The notes below the pieces were generated by a model. It saw only the letters and a list, made by a program, of their open reading frames with translations. It had not been told where the DNA came from and ran no database searches. A stretch of 64,000 nucleotides of DNA, taken from positions 124,001 to 188,000 of the forward strand of contig JBNJNM010000007.1 in NCBI GenBank assembly GCA_052426225.1, read 5' to 3'. A program made the translations under genes and the position numbers. Positions 22,446 through 34,045 of this stretch are shown here, one piece after another. The DNA comes from Zancudomyces culisetae HAW-14-8 (taxonomy: Eukaryota; Fungi; Kickxellomycota). Position 1 is the first letter of the stretch; every line of letters begins with the position of its first letter.

Positions 22446-23798
22446 TTATGTCACTACATATTTTTTCTGTTGCTTCTTCTTACGCCTTTGCTCCTCTTTG
22501 CTATCTAACTTGCTTTGGGCCTTAATTCGCTGTGATTCGTCAGAAATATTGTCAACTTGAGCCTGTTTCATTTTCTTTTTGGCGAGCGAAACTTCTTCTT
22601 GGTGTTTGGCAACAATATCTCTGTATGCTTGTTGTCGTTTGGTTCTCATCTTTTCAGAAATCTGTTTTGTCAGCGTTTCAGAAAGTTTTCGTGCCATATA
22701 GTCTGACAAGTAGCAGAGAGCCTCTACTTTTTCGTAAATTCCGTCCTTTTGTTTATCACTATCGCTGCCACGCTCATATGTTGCCCTACCAAATCCTGGC
22801 TCAGTAACACTGGTGTCGATTTTGATTTTTGCGGTAAGTATCTTGATGTTGGTATTGAGGTCTTGCATTTTTTTTGGTCTAATGGGTGGCTGATCACTCA
22901 GAGTGACCTCAGTGATACTGCAACCACTTTTGCCATTGCCTTCTTGCTCCTCAGCCTCCATGAATTTTATAAACCCTAACTCTTGCAGCCGATCTCTGAT
23001 TTCCATGTGTTCTACTGCCAGCTCTAATCCCTTTCCCACTTTCACGGTCTTTTCACAAAACAGTTCAATATCATACCGTGCATCCTTAATTTTTTTGCTT
23101 TGAGTTTTTGGGTAAATAGCCATAACAGTTCCTTGCAAATCGTTTTTATCTAAACCAAAACTAAGCTCAATCTCTCCTTCTACTTCATCTTGCTTGTTAA
23201 AATTCATTGTTGTTACTCCATTAATAATGTTTTTTAGATAGTAGACCAAATCTTGTCTGGGTCTTAGCTTGATGTATCCTCTGACATATTCGACATTTCT
23301 CCTGCCATATGCTGTAAACATTAATTCTGAGTAGCTGATCCAGGAAAAATCTATCCCTTGCACTCCCGCTGTCGAAAACTGATCGATCAAGACTTTTTCA
23401 ATTTTGGCTGCTACGCGTATTCCTCGCGTCTTATTTTCGTTTAATCCAACAATAAATACAACGAAATATAACAGTATACCCAAGAATAACACCCCTTCGA
23501 GTTTGTAGTCGCTCAATTTAGGAGGTTGAAACGCTGGACGAATGTTCTCGGCTTGTTTTTGTTCCTGTTTTCCCGGATTTGCGGCATGTAGCTCTATTTT
23601 TTATTTTTAACAGTTCCATGAATATTCCACTTCTCTATATTTTGTACATGTGTGTGCAGCCCTAGAACGCAATATATTTATAAAAGTATACTTAAAAAGA
23701 ATGAATTTACACGTACCTTCACCATTGATAGAGCTAACAAGACAAAAAAGTGTCGATACCAAGGCTTGTAACAGCATTTTCCTCATTTTCCCATTCAT
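22446..23798 (-). CDS. CCDC47/DUF1682 family ER membrane protein (PAT complex subunit-like); exons 23798-23717 and 23593-22446
   Basis: Signal-peptide-like exon 1, one TM segment followed by G-x-N, motifs YGRRN and LRPRQDL, and a C-terminal basic coiled coil. The GTACGT/TAG intron joins in frame. Confidence 0.8.
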
Positions 23799-24621
23799 TT
23801 TTTTGAAAATTAAACCTTGTCCAATCTGATAAGCAGTTCCTAAAGTCTTTTGCCTAGTTTTTATCTCAATCTTTTTGGCATTGAATCAAACATATACTAT
23901 TCTGTTTTTAGCTTTACAAATAAAAACATTAAATTCGTGTCATCTTAATCATTTGCCAATTGGGGACTTCAAAATTCGGGGCGGGTTTCATGGCAAAAGA
24001 GATTGGTTTCAAATCATCTTTGCCGCAAAAAAAAATTTTTTTCTTATGATTTGTGACTGGGTTTTCCAGTTGCAAGCTATGCTTTTTTATGGCTGAAAAG
24101 CCAAAAATTGCTGCTTTTATCTACGATCTGATTTGTTAAGCTGATGTTTGCTGATCTTTTATTTTCGTTCTCCCCTTTCATCTTGAATACACAAAGTCTA
24201 TACCCAATTCAATTTAACAATATGGTAAGAGTAAATAAAGCACTATAAGAATTACGACATGGCGGAAAAAACAACTAACACACTACTTCATTGTAGCGTA
24301 TACTATAACTGCATCTTTATATTTGCTATGCCAACATATACGCAGATTAGTCTGTATATTTGCTACTTTATCCTGCCAGGCGCACCAGTATAAGGCTTTA
24401 GCATATACGTTTACATTTTTATCTTTATTACACATTTGTCTGTGTTAAAAATAGCGTAAGTAATAATAGATGAAACAAAGGAACACTTTGGCTTGTACAC
24501 CACAAACGCCTGCAAAACACTACACTACACTACACTAAACTACGCTACCCATCCGGGCTTATTGATTTATCACTAATAATTTAAAAGCTGTGTAAAAGGG
24601 TCTTCTCTTTGAATATAAAAA

Positions 24622-24878
24622 CTAAGGACTAGTCAATTGATCCTCACTGCGATACAGGATTATCCAGATTGCGTGTATCATTCCTATGGATTTTGGTTAT
24701 TTTTATTTAATCAAATATAATAAAAAATCAAAACCATACAATACTTACCTGGTAGAAAAAAGAACAGTGTCAGCACCAAATTCAGCCAAAAGTGCGAATC
24801 ACATCCCTTTGCAAGTCCTACAGCTAGAGGTGGTATAAAAATGGCTAAAATTATCAAAAGTACTGATTTTTCGCCCAT
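24622..24878 (-). CDS. PMP3: Pmp3/UPF0057 plasma-membrane proteolipid, 63 aa; exons 24878-24749 and 24683-24622
   Basis: Manual translation MGEKSVLLIILAIFIPPLAVGLAKGCDSHFWLNLVLTLFFFLP-G-MIHAIWIILYRSEDQLTSP*, with a 65-nt GTAAGT...TAG intron. Not in the ORF track. Confidence 0.92.
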
Positions 24879-25763
24879 CTTGGTTTTTCTTTTTATCTAA
24901 TTCAGGGTTTAATGAAGTCCTAGGTTAGATCAAGCTATTTATACACAGTTGTAGTGTAATACAAAAGTATCTGTCTTACTTTTTATGGTTTATAAAAACT
25001 CTGACTTGCTAATATGTTAAAATTATTAGAGGGTTTGTGAAATAAAAGTATTGAACTTTTATCACAATTTTTTTACAAATTGGTAAGCTGGGATGTTTTT
25101 CTTGTAGCTATATATATATTTTTATGAAGGCATCCATTTTCTACAAGCAAGAGTATTTTCTTAAGAAAGCAAAAAAATATTAGAATTGGACATTCATTAC
25201 ACTGAACTACGCCACCATCACAAGAAATGATAGGAAAGTAGAAAATGGTTCTTCTCATGAGATGACTATCTTGCTGCGTTCGTACCAGTTTTTAAACATT
25301 GATCTTGTTAAGGCCGTGAACAAACAAACATGCAAACAAACATGCGAACAAAAGAACACGACGTACTATTTCTAACTAGGCCTACCAGCTCTAGAAAAGA
25401 GACATAAACAATACAGTATCAACATAGGATATTTTCTGCGTAATTATTAAAATGATGCGATTCATACTTTTTTATTTGCTCTAGGGTTGTTATAATTCCA
25501 TACAATGGGTTCTCGCTTCATGTTTTTTTTTAGTTTACCACATTTTTCAAATATAAAAAGAGTATCTTTATATTTAAAATTGTTGTACTAGTTTAAAAAA
25601 TAATGGCCATCTCTATACCCCACTTCTCATATCCCCCCCAGAAATAAACATTAGGGATAAGGGTTGCGTGATCAATGTACTTCTAGACAGTGTAATCAGT
25701 CCTAAAACGGTCTATCTTTTTTTTAAAAAAAAAGATAAAGATAAAACCAAGTTCCGACAGTGA

Positions 25764-26917
25764 TTAATAGTCGTCGTACCTGGTTTTCCTTCTGTTGGAT
25801 TTTTTTTCAGCCTTAAACTTTTTTGTCTCTATCCGCCGTTTCTTTTCAGATTCGATCCTAATATTAAAGTTATATCTGTAACAATTCTTACAGGAACAAT
25901 AAAATAAGCTATCCAGGTGGTGTATATACCAGGGTGTGCTTTAAGCAATCTATCTCTCAACCGCCAAGATACCTGTGTGAAATAGCAATATGATAGTAAT
26001 TGAGATGGAAAAAGCAAATAAAGTAACTGGTGAACTTACAGTTTTTCCACTTTTTCTACCTGCTCTTTACTGGGGTCTTTAGGAACATAGCAAGCCTCTT
26101 TTAGTGCTTGTAGCCACTTTTCAAAACAATCATCAGCATTATTTCTCTGTGAGCGTGTTCTTTCAGAAAATAAAACCACTTCCCCGTTTTTATTTAGTCT
26201 CGAATCCATCTATGCGCCAATAAATGAACAGTATTCAAGATTGGTTGGTTAAAAGTCATAAACATAAAGTCAAGTATTCCAGCACTGTTGCACGTACACA
26301 AGAATGATAAGATCAAGTAAACAATATATGACAAAACCAAAAAGGATTTACATTTTTTTTGAAATTACTTCTGACATATTCTGGTATCCACAGTTGTTTG
26401 TCTATGAATATCCTTAGCATCGCCTTTGTATTCACTATTAAGTAAAGTAACTCTTTCTTTTTCATAATTCATACTACACTTGCCATTCACAGGAATATTT
26501 AGGTTTACTAAAAATAGTAAAAAGTTAGAACACAAAATCCGGCCAAATATTCTTGCAAAGATTACCTTTGTTTACGTTCTGGCCACCTGGACCACCACTT
26601 CTGCAAAAACTCAAGTCATACTTTTCTATATGTCCGTATAATATTAATTAATAGATTAATTAAAATTATTTGTAGTGTTTTCGTGAGATTATTTTCAATT
26701 AATATTCCATTTCAACAGTAACACCTATTGTTCATAATTACAAGTACAAAGAGTTACGTTTCATGAGAGTATCGACATTGAGACTATCTTTGAACTTTAG
26801 TATTGCTGCCTTCTCTTCCGGCGTCAGTTTGTTTGCCTCGGTGCTAAATCGCTTTATTGTCGCATTTCTCGAAAGAATGCTCCGGAAATTTGGAAAACTA
26901 TAGAAAATTCGATTCAT
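25764..26917 (-). CDS. ICT1: Mitochondrial peptidyl-tRNA hydrolase ICT1/mL62 (ArfB-like), 188 aa; exons 26917-26758, 26625-26566, 26434-26352, 26209-26040, 25857-25764
   Basis: Manual exon assembly gives a presequence-like N-terminus, SFCRSGGPGGQNVNKVNTKA (GGQ motif), WIP, SERTRSQRNNADDC and a basic tail (KKRRIETKKFKAEKKSNRR). All four introns are GT-AG and in phase. Not in the ORF track. Confidence 0.93.
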
Positions 26918-27337
26918 CGCTATTGCTGGTTTTCAGTGTACAGGTTTTTTTAATGAATATGAAGGATAGATATCAGAAAAAGCGCATGGATAGTTAATAC
27001 CCGATTCTTTTTTTGAATAATATATAACAATTGGAAGCTTGGCTAGGAATGGGAACAAGGTTTCTATCAACGAAAAGGCAATATGCACCTATAATTTTAA
27101 TGGCTTTGCAATGCTATCTTTTGGTCTGCTGAATAATGTTTTAATTGGCTGATCAGGTTTGTGTGTTTTTTTTTTGTCAAAGGAAAAATTTTTTTATTTT
27201 CGAGCAAAACCAAATGAATAATAATTTTAAATATAATGATGTTGATATTTTTACTCATTGAAATTCCCATTTAAAACGAAAAAGGGGGACAAAGTAACAA
27301 ATAACTCAAGTGTAAAGCCTCAGATAAATAAATAATA

Positions 27338-28572
27338 ATGCACTCAGCACAGACAAAAAGTCCAAATCCAGTTTCAATCAAGCGAAAATCCGGCAGTGAT
27401 GCTGGTGAAGCAGATGTCAAAAAAGCGAAACAAAATGTGCAGAATTCCGACGACGAAAAGCAAGTGAGCGAAAACGAATCCGAGATTCCAGCCTATAAAT
27501 TTGTGAAAAAGGATAATTCTACAACTGTAAACATGGTGCCCACAGCACCACACCTTCCACGATCATTCGAAGAAAAGGAAAACATGCAACGGTTGATTGT
27601 GATCCTAGAGGCAGCACCCTTAGAAATTTACAAAGTTGGTAAGGCCAAGGATTCTAATTACCAGCTTCTCAACTGTGACGATCATCAGGGTATTTTGAGA
27701 AAAATGGGAGTTGACTTGTCGCATTCCAGACCAGATATTACTCATCAGGTACGTTGTATATTCTTTTTTTTTTGCGTTTTATGCATTAAAGAACAAATTT
27801 TATGATTTTTTTGTACTCGGTATTGGTTCTAATGTTCTTATTATGTATTACATACAACTAGTGCCTGCTAACTCTTCTTGACAGTCCATTGAACAAAGCC
27901 GGAAAGCTGCAAGTGTTTATCAAAACTACGAAAAATGTACTAATAGAAGTAAACCCACAGGTCCGTATCCCTCGTACGTTTAAACGGTTTTCTGGTCTAA
28001 TGGGTAAGTTTATTTCTATTACATCTTTGTTTTTTTACTGATTTCAAGTGTCCACTACGTTTTCCAAAAATATTCTATATGTTTCATACGAAAATTTCAT
28101 TGACAATAATTACTAATAACATTGCCAATGCTCAAATAGTTCAACTTTTGCACAAATTAAGCATTCGATCCGCTAGTGGGAACGATATTTTGCTAAAGGT
28201 TATAAAAAATCCAGTGACTGACCATTTACCAACCAACTGTCATAAGATTTGTAAGTCTTTCACTTGACTCTTTCATCAACATTGATTTTTACGCTATTTT
28301 ACTCAAGCTTATTAACATTAATTTGTCTATCTTTCTCGTCACTAGGTTTTTCATACGATGCTCCAACTGTACATTTACAGACATGGATTAGGAACAGTCT
28401 GCCCAAAAATAAAACGCTCGTTGTGGCAATTGGTGCTATGGCTCACGGAAAAGATGATTTTGCGGATGGATATGTTGATGAAAAAATCAGTGTTAGCGAG
28501 TATCCCCTTTCAGCATCAGTCTCGTGTTCCAAAGTTTGTTGTGCACTAGAGGATATTTGGGGTATTTTGTAG
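27338..28572 (+). CDS. EMG1: 18S rRNA pseudouridine methyltransferase Emg1/Nep1; exons 27338-27748, 27862-28003, 28140-28250, 28346-28572
   Basis: Motifs [66 protein letters not shown] and YPLSAS. Confidence 0.97.
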
Positions 28573-29104
28573 ACCATTCAAATTTGTATAGGCCGTTTTA
28601 TCCTTTTTCTATTGAAATATATTTTAGATTTGTGTAGTTTCGATAAAATATAACAAATATCTTTTGTATAATTTTTACAACCTACAATCCAGATACTAGT
28701 GTTGAGTAAAAACGTCAGAAAATGCAGAAATAAATTTGTTGAATTCCATTAACTTCTAGTTGAAGCGAAAACAACGAGATCTTGCTGATGGGCTCAGCTA
28801 GAATCTAGCATCAGGTAATAAATGTCGTGTTTTATTAATAGAAAAAGCTTTTTTTACTCTAGCAATTCATACGCTACCATTTCGGTTCACGTTGATGTGT
28901 TACCTAAAATATAATTATTTTATTTTTAAAACAAAAAATACTTATGGTATATACGTTAACAAAATAGGCTACGCCTACTAACATCTACGGGGATAAACTG
29001 CTAGAATATCAAAGTTAAACTCATAAAAACCCCCCAAGTAATTAATAATGTTTACAACAAAGTATGTTTAAATACATATAGTCTTATAAAAGCAAAAAGT
29101 TTCA

Positions 29105-29567
29105 TGTCATATAGTGACATGAACCCTTGGTGATAAACTAATATTATATGTTTATCATCAAGTGAAATAATTAAATTATTAATATACTTTTAGTTTTAGT
29201 TTTTTTAGTATTCAATGAAACTGATTCATTGATGTTTTTTCTAAGAGTATTAGTTTATTACTCAATTAAATTGTTTCAGTATTAGTTTATTTAGTTAGTA
29301 TTAGTTCAATAGTTAGTTATTAGTATATTTATAATACTAGGAAAAGTATTTAAAGGGTTAGTTATTGCATAAGGAAATAAATATCATTCTATCATACAAG
29401 CTTTATAGTAGTAAATAAATAGTTATGATCAACTACAGATGTTTATATTAAGTTTATAATAGTTTCAACTAAGTTTATAATTTATAACAATAATTATACG
29501 ATACATATTATACATATATAAATAAGAAAAATATAAATAATTATAAGTAAAATTTAATTATACAACA
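29105..29567 (+). repeat. 5' LTR of element A
   Basis: Direct repeat of 34046-34508; starts TGTCATATAG and ends TATACAACA. Confidence 0.97.
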
Positions 29568-29568
29568 G

Positions 29569-29586
29569 TGGCGCTCCCAGCTAGGC
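29569..29586 (+). promoter_or_regulatory. Primer-binding site of element A (TGGCGCTCCCAGCTAGGC)
   Basis: Begins with TGG 1 nt after the 5' LTR. The reverse complement looks like a tRNA 3' end (...CTAGC TGGGAGC G CCA). Confidence 0.85.
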
Positions 29587-29650
29587 ATATACCTAGAGAT
29601 AATAACAAGAAGATAATATATATTCAAAAATAAGTCAATAAGAGTACAAA

Positions 29651-32600
29651 ATGATTACTCCAAAAACATTTGAATCAGATAAAGGTACTAATCCCGAGGA
29701 CTGGGTGGAAAATTATCGTTTGGTCGCAAAACAGAACAGTTGGGAAGAACAGGATTGGATTGATCTCGTGAAGTTATACCTTGGCAAGAAGGAAGCCATT
29801 TGGTATAAGAAGAATAAAGGTTTATTCACAGATTGGGATACGTTCAGTAAGCTGTTTATTGAAAAGTTTAGAGCCAAAGAAACCAAGAGTCAAATATGGG
29901 ATAAGTTAAGAACAATTAAACACTCCGACTATAACAGTATTGAAGAGCTTGAATATGAGCTGGAGCTTTTATGCGAAAAAGCAGGAATTGTTAAAGATGA
30001 GATTAAGTTGGACTTACTAGTTAGTACTTTGAAGGATGAGTTTAAAGAGAAACTCGAAGAATCTGGTTACAAGAATTGGGACAAAGTAATTAAGTACATA
30101 TCCAATCTTGAAAGGGCTGAGCAAGGAATATATAGGAAGACAGAAGGAAAAGAAAGAGTTACTAAGTTCAAAGAAATTACCAGGAATGCAGCAAGTAAAC
30201 AGGGTAGGGCAATAAAGGATATGTCCAAGGACAAGGAACCCTATGCAGCCATGATCAGGAAATTTGAAGAACTAAGTGTAAATTTATTAGCGAAAGTAGA
30301 TGAAGTTGTTGAAAAAAAACTAAAAACTTACAATTTAGGTTCTGCACAGGTTTACAAGTGTTATTACTGCCATGAAGATGGTCACAGAAAATTTGAATGC
30401 AAAAAGTGGAAATCATTGCAAAATGACGAACAAAGTGTTAAAACAGGAACAAATGTAAACTATATTGAATTGGTAAGAACAGAGGATTGTCAAGGCCAAG
30501 AATTATTTGCAGTTGAAAAAAGAAAAAGTGATTTTAGAGATATAACTTCAGAAAAAAGAGCTAATAAAAGAATTAATACAGCAGCAACGCCTTTAGATAG
30601 TTCTGAAAGAACCAATACTTCAGATATCAATAAAGATGTAGGAAAAATAAATGAAAATACTCCATTAAAAGCTCAAGTGTATAAGAGATACATAAATAAG
30701 ATAACTGATGGTACAAAAAAGTTTTCATTAAAAGAAGAGTTGGATAAAATATATCCAAAGATAAGTTTGATACAATTGTTAAACAGTTCACCTGGTTTAA
30801 CTGCAGAGCTGGTTAGTATATGTGATAAATCTAATACAGCTGAGATAAATGAAATACAACTTCAACCTAAAAAAGTAACAAACTGTAGAGCTCAAGTACA
30901 AATATTTGGCCAAAATATATTAGCAGTTGTAGATACAGGAGCAGCGTGCTCAGTAGTATCTAGTAGTATGGTTGAAGATTGGGGATTGAATGTTGATGAA
31001 AATATCAACCAAGTTATAGTTACCGCTGATGGTAAAAGACATGCAGCATTGGGAAAAGTTAACAAGATACCTGTTAAGATTGCTTCTTACATATTCCCTG
31101 CTAATCTAATAGTTATGAACAAAAATGATGGTACTCTGATATTAGGTACAGATTGGTTAATACAGCATAAAGCATCTATAAACTTAAGAATACCTGAGAT
31201 AAGATTCCCAATCGAAAATGCTGAAGTCATCACCAGGCTTGTTACATCAAATATATCTATTGAAGAAGAGTCTGAAATATATTTAATGATTAAAGAAAAG
31301 CCAAAAGGAATAAAAGAAATACAAAATACGAGTATACAAAAAGTACTTGAAGAATATAACGAACTTTTTGTAGAGGATATTTCTGAGTTACAACAAACGA
31401 ATGTATCTGAACACAGAATAGAGGTGACTGAAAACACACCTATCAAATTAAGACCATACCGGATTCCGTACAGATTGCAGGAAAATGTCGAAGTCGAGTT
31501 ACAGAAAATGTTGCAACAAGGAATAATCGAACCTAGTAATGCCGAGTGGTGCTCACCGGTAGTTATTGTACACAAAAAAGATGGAAAATTAAGAGTATGC
31601 GCAGATTACAGACAACTAAATAAAATAACAAAAAAGGACTGCTATCCCTTACCGGTTATACAAGATCTGTTTATGGCACTGTCTGGATCAGCAATATTTA
31701 GTTCACTTGATGCGTTAAGCGGGTTCTGGCAAATACGCATGAGTGAACACGACAAGGATAAAACTACGTTTGCACTTCCAGGAAGCGGTAGTTATCGCTA
31801 TAACGTTATGCCTTTCGGTTTAACGAATAGTCCGGCTACCTTTCAGAGAACAATGGAGATGGTGTTGAAACCAGTTTTATGGAAAAAGGCGGTGGTATTT
31901 ATTGATGATATTATAGTATATTCACGTACAGAAGAAGAACATGCTGAAGATTTAAAAGATGTATTAAATTTATTAAAAATTCATAAAATTCAATTACATA
32001 AAAACAAATGCAGTATAGGACATAGGGAAATCGAGTACTTAGGACATACGATATCGGATAAAGGAATAGGTACGAGTCCAAAAAAGATCGAAGCAATTCA
32101 AAATGTGAAAACACCAAAGTCAATTAAAGAAATACAATCACTGTTAGGGTTAACAGGATACTATAGAAGATATATACCCAATTACGCAAAAGTTGCGAGC
32201 CCTATCACAAAGTTATTAAAAAAGAACGAGAAATGGGATTGGGGAGAAAAGCAGGATAAAGCAGTAGAAGATTTAAAAGAACTACTTACAACAGCTCCGA
32301 TATTAGGACACCCCGACTGGCAAAAAGAATTTGTTATAACAACGGATGCTTCTATATTAGGAATTGGTGCGGTTTTATCACAGGGAGAAAAGGGATCTGA
32401 AGTGGTTATTGAATTCGCTAGCAGAACAACTAACAGTGCAGAAAAAAATTATTCAATATCACATTTAGAAGCTCTTGCCGTGGTATGGGCTGTGAAAAAA
32501 TTCAAGTATTATGTTTGGGGAAGAAAATTTAAAATCAGAACAGATCACAAATCATTGATACAAATTTTTAATGGACCAGAAATAACAGGTAGGATCGCTA

Positions 32601-34033
32601 GATGGGCGATGATTTTAAGAAATTATGATTTCGAAATAGAACACCTTCCTGGTAAGTTTAATCCCGCAGATGGATTATCAAGATTAGTAGACAATGTGCA
32701 CGAGAATAACAACGAACTGGATGTGTTTGCGATGGAATATGTTGAATACGATGCAGTTAGACAATATTTAGCGGATTTATCTTATCCTAGTAATAGTAGC
32801 GAACAATACAGAAAAAAAATAAGAAATAAATCGCGCCAATATCGTTTAAAAAACGGAAAGTTATTTAAAAGAGTAAAAAATATTTTAAAGGAAGTATTAC
32901 ATGAGCAAAATGTTAAAGATGTTGTAAATGAAATCCACAATGCTGCACACGAAGGCATTGAAAATACGTGGAACAGAGTAAGTGCAATATACTGTGGACA
33001 TAATTTATATAAAGATGTTTATGAGATAGTGAAGTGCTGCCACATCTGTCAGCTATATAAAGATGGTAGAACGAAAAAGTTTCCACTTGTACCAATCATT
33101 GCAAGAAAACCATTCGAAATAATTGGAATGGATGCTATCGGACCTTTTACTCCAGAAACGACATCAGGAAACCGATTTATTCTTACGGCAATCGATTACT
33201 GTACTAAATGGCCGATTGCAGTTCCGGTAAAAAACATTCAAAGCGAAACAATTATCGACTTCTTAATCAACTATATTATAACTGAATATGGAGTACCTCA
33301 AAGAATTATAACGGACAGGGGACCAGGATTTATTAGCGATGCGACAACAGAAGTTTACAATTGGTTAGGATTAAGACATGCTCCTACAACACCTTACCGT
33401 CCACAGAGTAATGGTCAAGTAGAGAGACTCAATAGGACAGTGGTAAATATATTACAAAAACAGTGTATGTTGGATAAAAGCAATTGGGATTCACATTTAT
33501 GGAAAACCATGTTAGTATTAAGAACAATGAAAAATAAATCAACGGGATACTCGCCTGCAGAAATGCTATATGGAATACAAATGGAAATACCATCAACATG
33601 GAAACCTAACGGTACAAACGAAAATGAAGAAGAGGAATTTAAAAACAGAATTCAACTAATAAAAGAGGATTTACCACAGATAAGAGAATTAGGAATAAAA
33701 GGCTCGGTAAAGGCTAAAAAGTACGATGAAGTAAGGTATAATCGTAAAGTAGAGATATATAATTTTAAAATTGGAGATTTTGTTTTGAAGTTGATAGAGT
33801 ATGAACAGGCTAAGCTAGAAAGAGTTTGGGAGGGACCTTATAAAGTAGAAAACAGATTAGATAAAGGAACTTACATAATCAGCGATCAGTTCGGTAACAG
33901 AGACTTAGTACACGGCGATATATTAAAGCAATATAATACGAGTACATATATGATACCAGAAGTTACGACCACTTTAAAATCCAAACTACGCAGATTCAGG
34001 CAGAAAGCGCAGGATGAGGGCATCCACGCTTAA
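29651..34033 (+). CDS. Gag-Pol polyprotein of element A (Gag with CCHC knuckle, PR, RT, RNase H, IN)
   Basis: CYYCHEDGHRKFEC; VVDTGA; MPFGLTNSPATFQR and FIDD; TTDAS...LEALAVVWA...TDH; HNAAH...CHIC; GMDAIG, ITDRG, NGQVERLN; WEGPY. Domain order PR-RT-RH-IN. Confidence 0.98.
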   Translation: MITPKTFESDKGTNPEDWVENYRLVAKQNSWEEQDWIDLVKLYLGKKEAIWYKKNKGLFTDWDTFSKLFIEKFRAKETKSQIWDKLRTIKHSDYNSIEELEYELELLCEKAGIVKDEIKLDLLVSTLKDEFKEKLEESGYKNWDKVIKYISNLERAEQGIYRKTEGKERVTKFKEITRNAASKQGRAIKDMSKDKEPYAAMIRKFEELSVNLLAKVDEVVEKKLKTYNLGSAQVYKCYYCHEDGHRKFECKKWKSLQNDEQSVKTGTNVNYIELVRTEDCQGQELFAVEKRKSDFRDITSEKRANKRINTAATPLDSSERTNTSDINKDVGKINENTPLKAQVYKRYINKITDGTKKFSLKEELDKIYPKISLIQLLNSSPGLTAELVSICDKSNTAEINEIQLQPKKVTNCRAQVQIFGQNILAVVDTGAACSVVSSSMVEDWGLNVDENINQVIVTADGKRHAALGKVNKIPVKIASYIFPANLIVMNKNDGTLILGTDWLIQHKASINLRIPEIRFPIENAEVITRLVTSNISIEEESEIYLMIKEKPKGIKEIQNTSIQKVLEEYNELFVEDISELQQTNVSEHRIEVTENTPIKLRPYRIPYRLQENVEVELQKMLQQGIIEPSNAEWCSPVVIVHKKDGKLRVCADYRQLNKITKKDCYPLPVIQDLFMALSGSAIFSSLDALSGFWQIRMSEHDKDKTTFALPGSGSYRYNVMPFGLTNSPATFQRTMEMVLKPVLWKKAVVFIDDIIVYSRTEEEHAEDLKDVLNLLKIHKIQLHKNKCSIGHREIEYLGHTISDKGIGTSPKKIEAIQNVKTPKSIKEIQSLLGLTGYYRRYIPNYAKVASPITKLLKKNEKWDWGEKQDKAVEDLKELLTTAPILGHPDWQKEFVITTDASILGIGAVLSQGEKGSEVVIEFASRTTNSAEKNYSISHLEALAVVWAVKKFKYYVWGRKFKIRTDHKSLIQIFNGPEITGRIARWAMILRNYDFEIEHLPGKFNPADGLSRLVDNVHENNNELDVFAMEYVEYDAVRQYLADLSYPSNSSEQYRKKIRNKSRQYRLKNGKLFKRVKNILKEVLHEQNVKDVVNEIHNAAHEGIENTWNRVSAIYCGHNLYKDVYEIVKCCHICQLYKDGRTKKFPLVPIIARKPFEIIGMDAIGPFTPETTSGNRFILTAIDYCTKWPIAVPVKNIQSETIIDFLINYIITEYGVPQRIITDRGPGFISDATTEVYNWLGLRHAPTTPYRPQSNGQVERLNRTVVNILQKQCMLDKSNWDSHLWKTMLVLRTMKNKSTGYSPAEMLYGIQMEIPSTWKPNGTNENEEEEFKNRIQLIKEDLPQIRELGIKGSVKAKKYDEVRYNRKVEIYNFKIGDFVLKLIEYEQAKLERVWEGPYKVENRLDKGTYIISDQFGNRDLVHGDILKQYNTSTYMIPEVTTTLKSKLRRFRQKAQDEGIHA

Positions 34034-34045
34034 AGAGGAGGGTAC

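Noticed and set aside
24741-24752. ATACTTACCTGG, identical to the U1 snRNA 5' end
   Set aside because: No U1 stem-loops or Sm site follow. It is the reverse complement of the PMP3 donor site (CCAG|GTAAGTAT).
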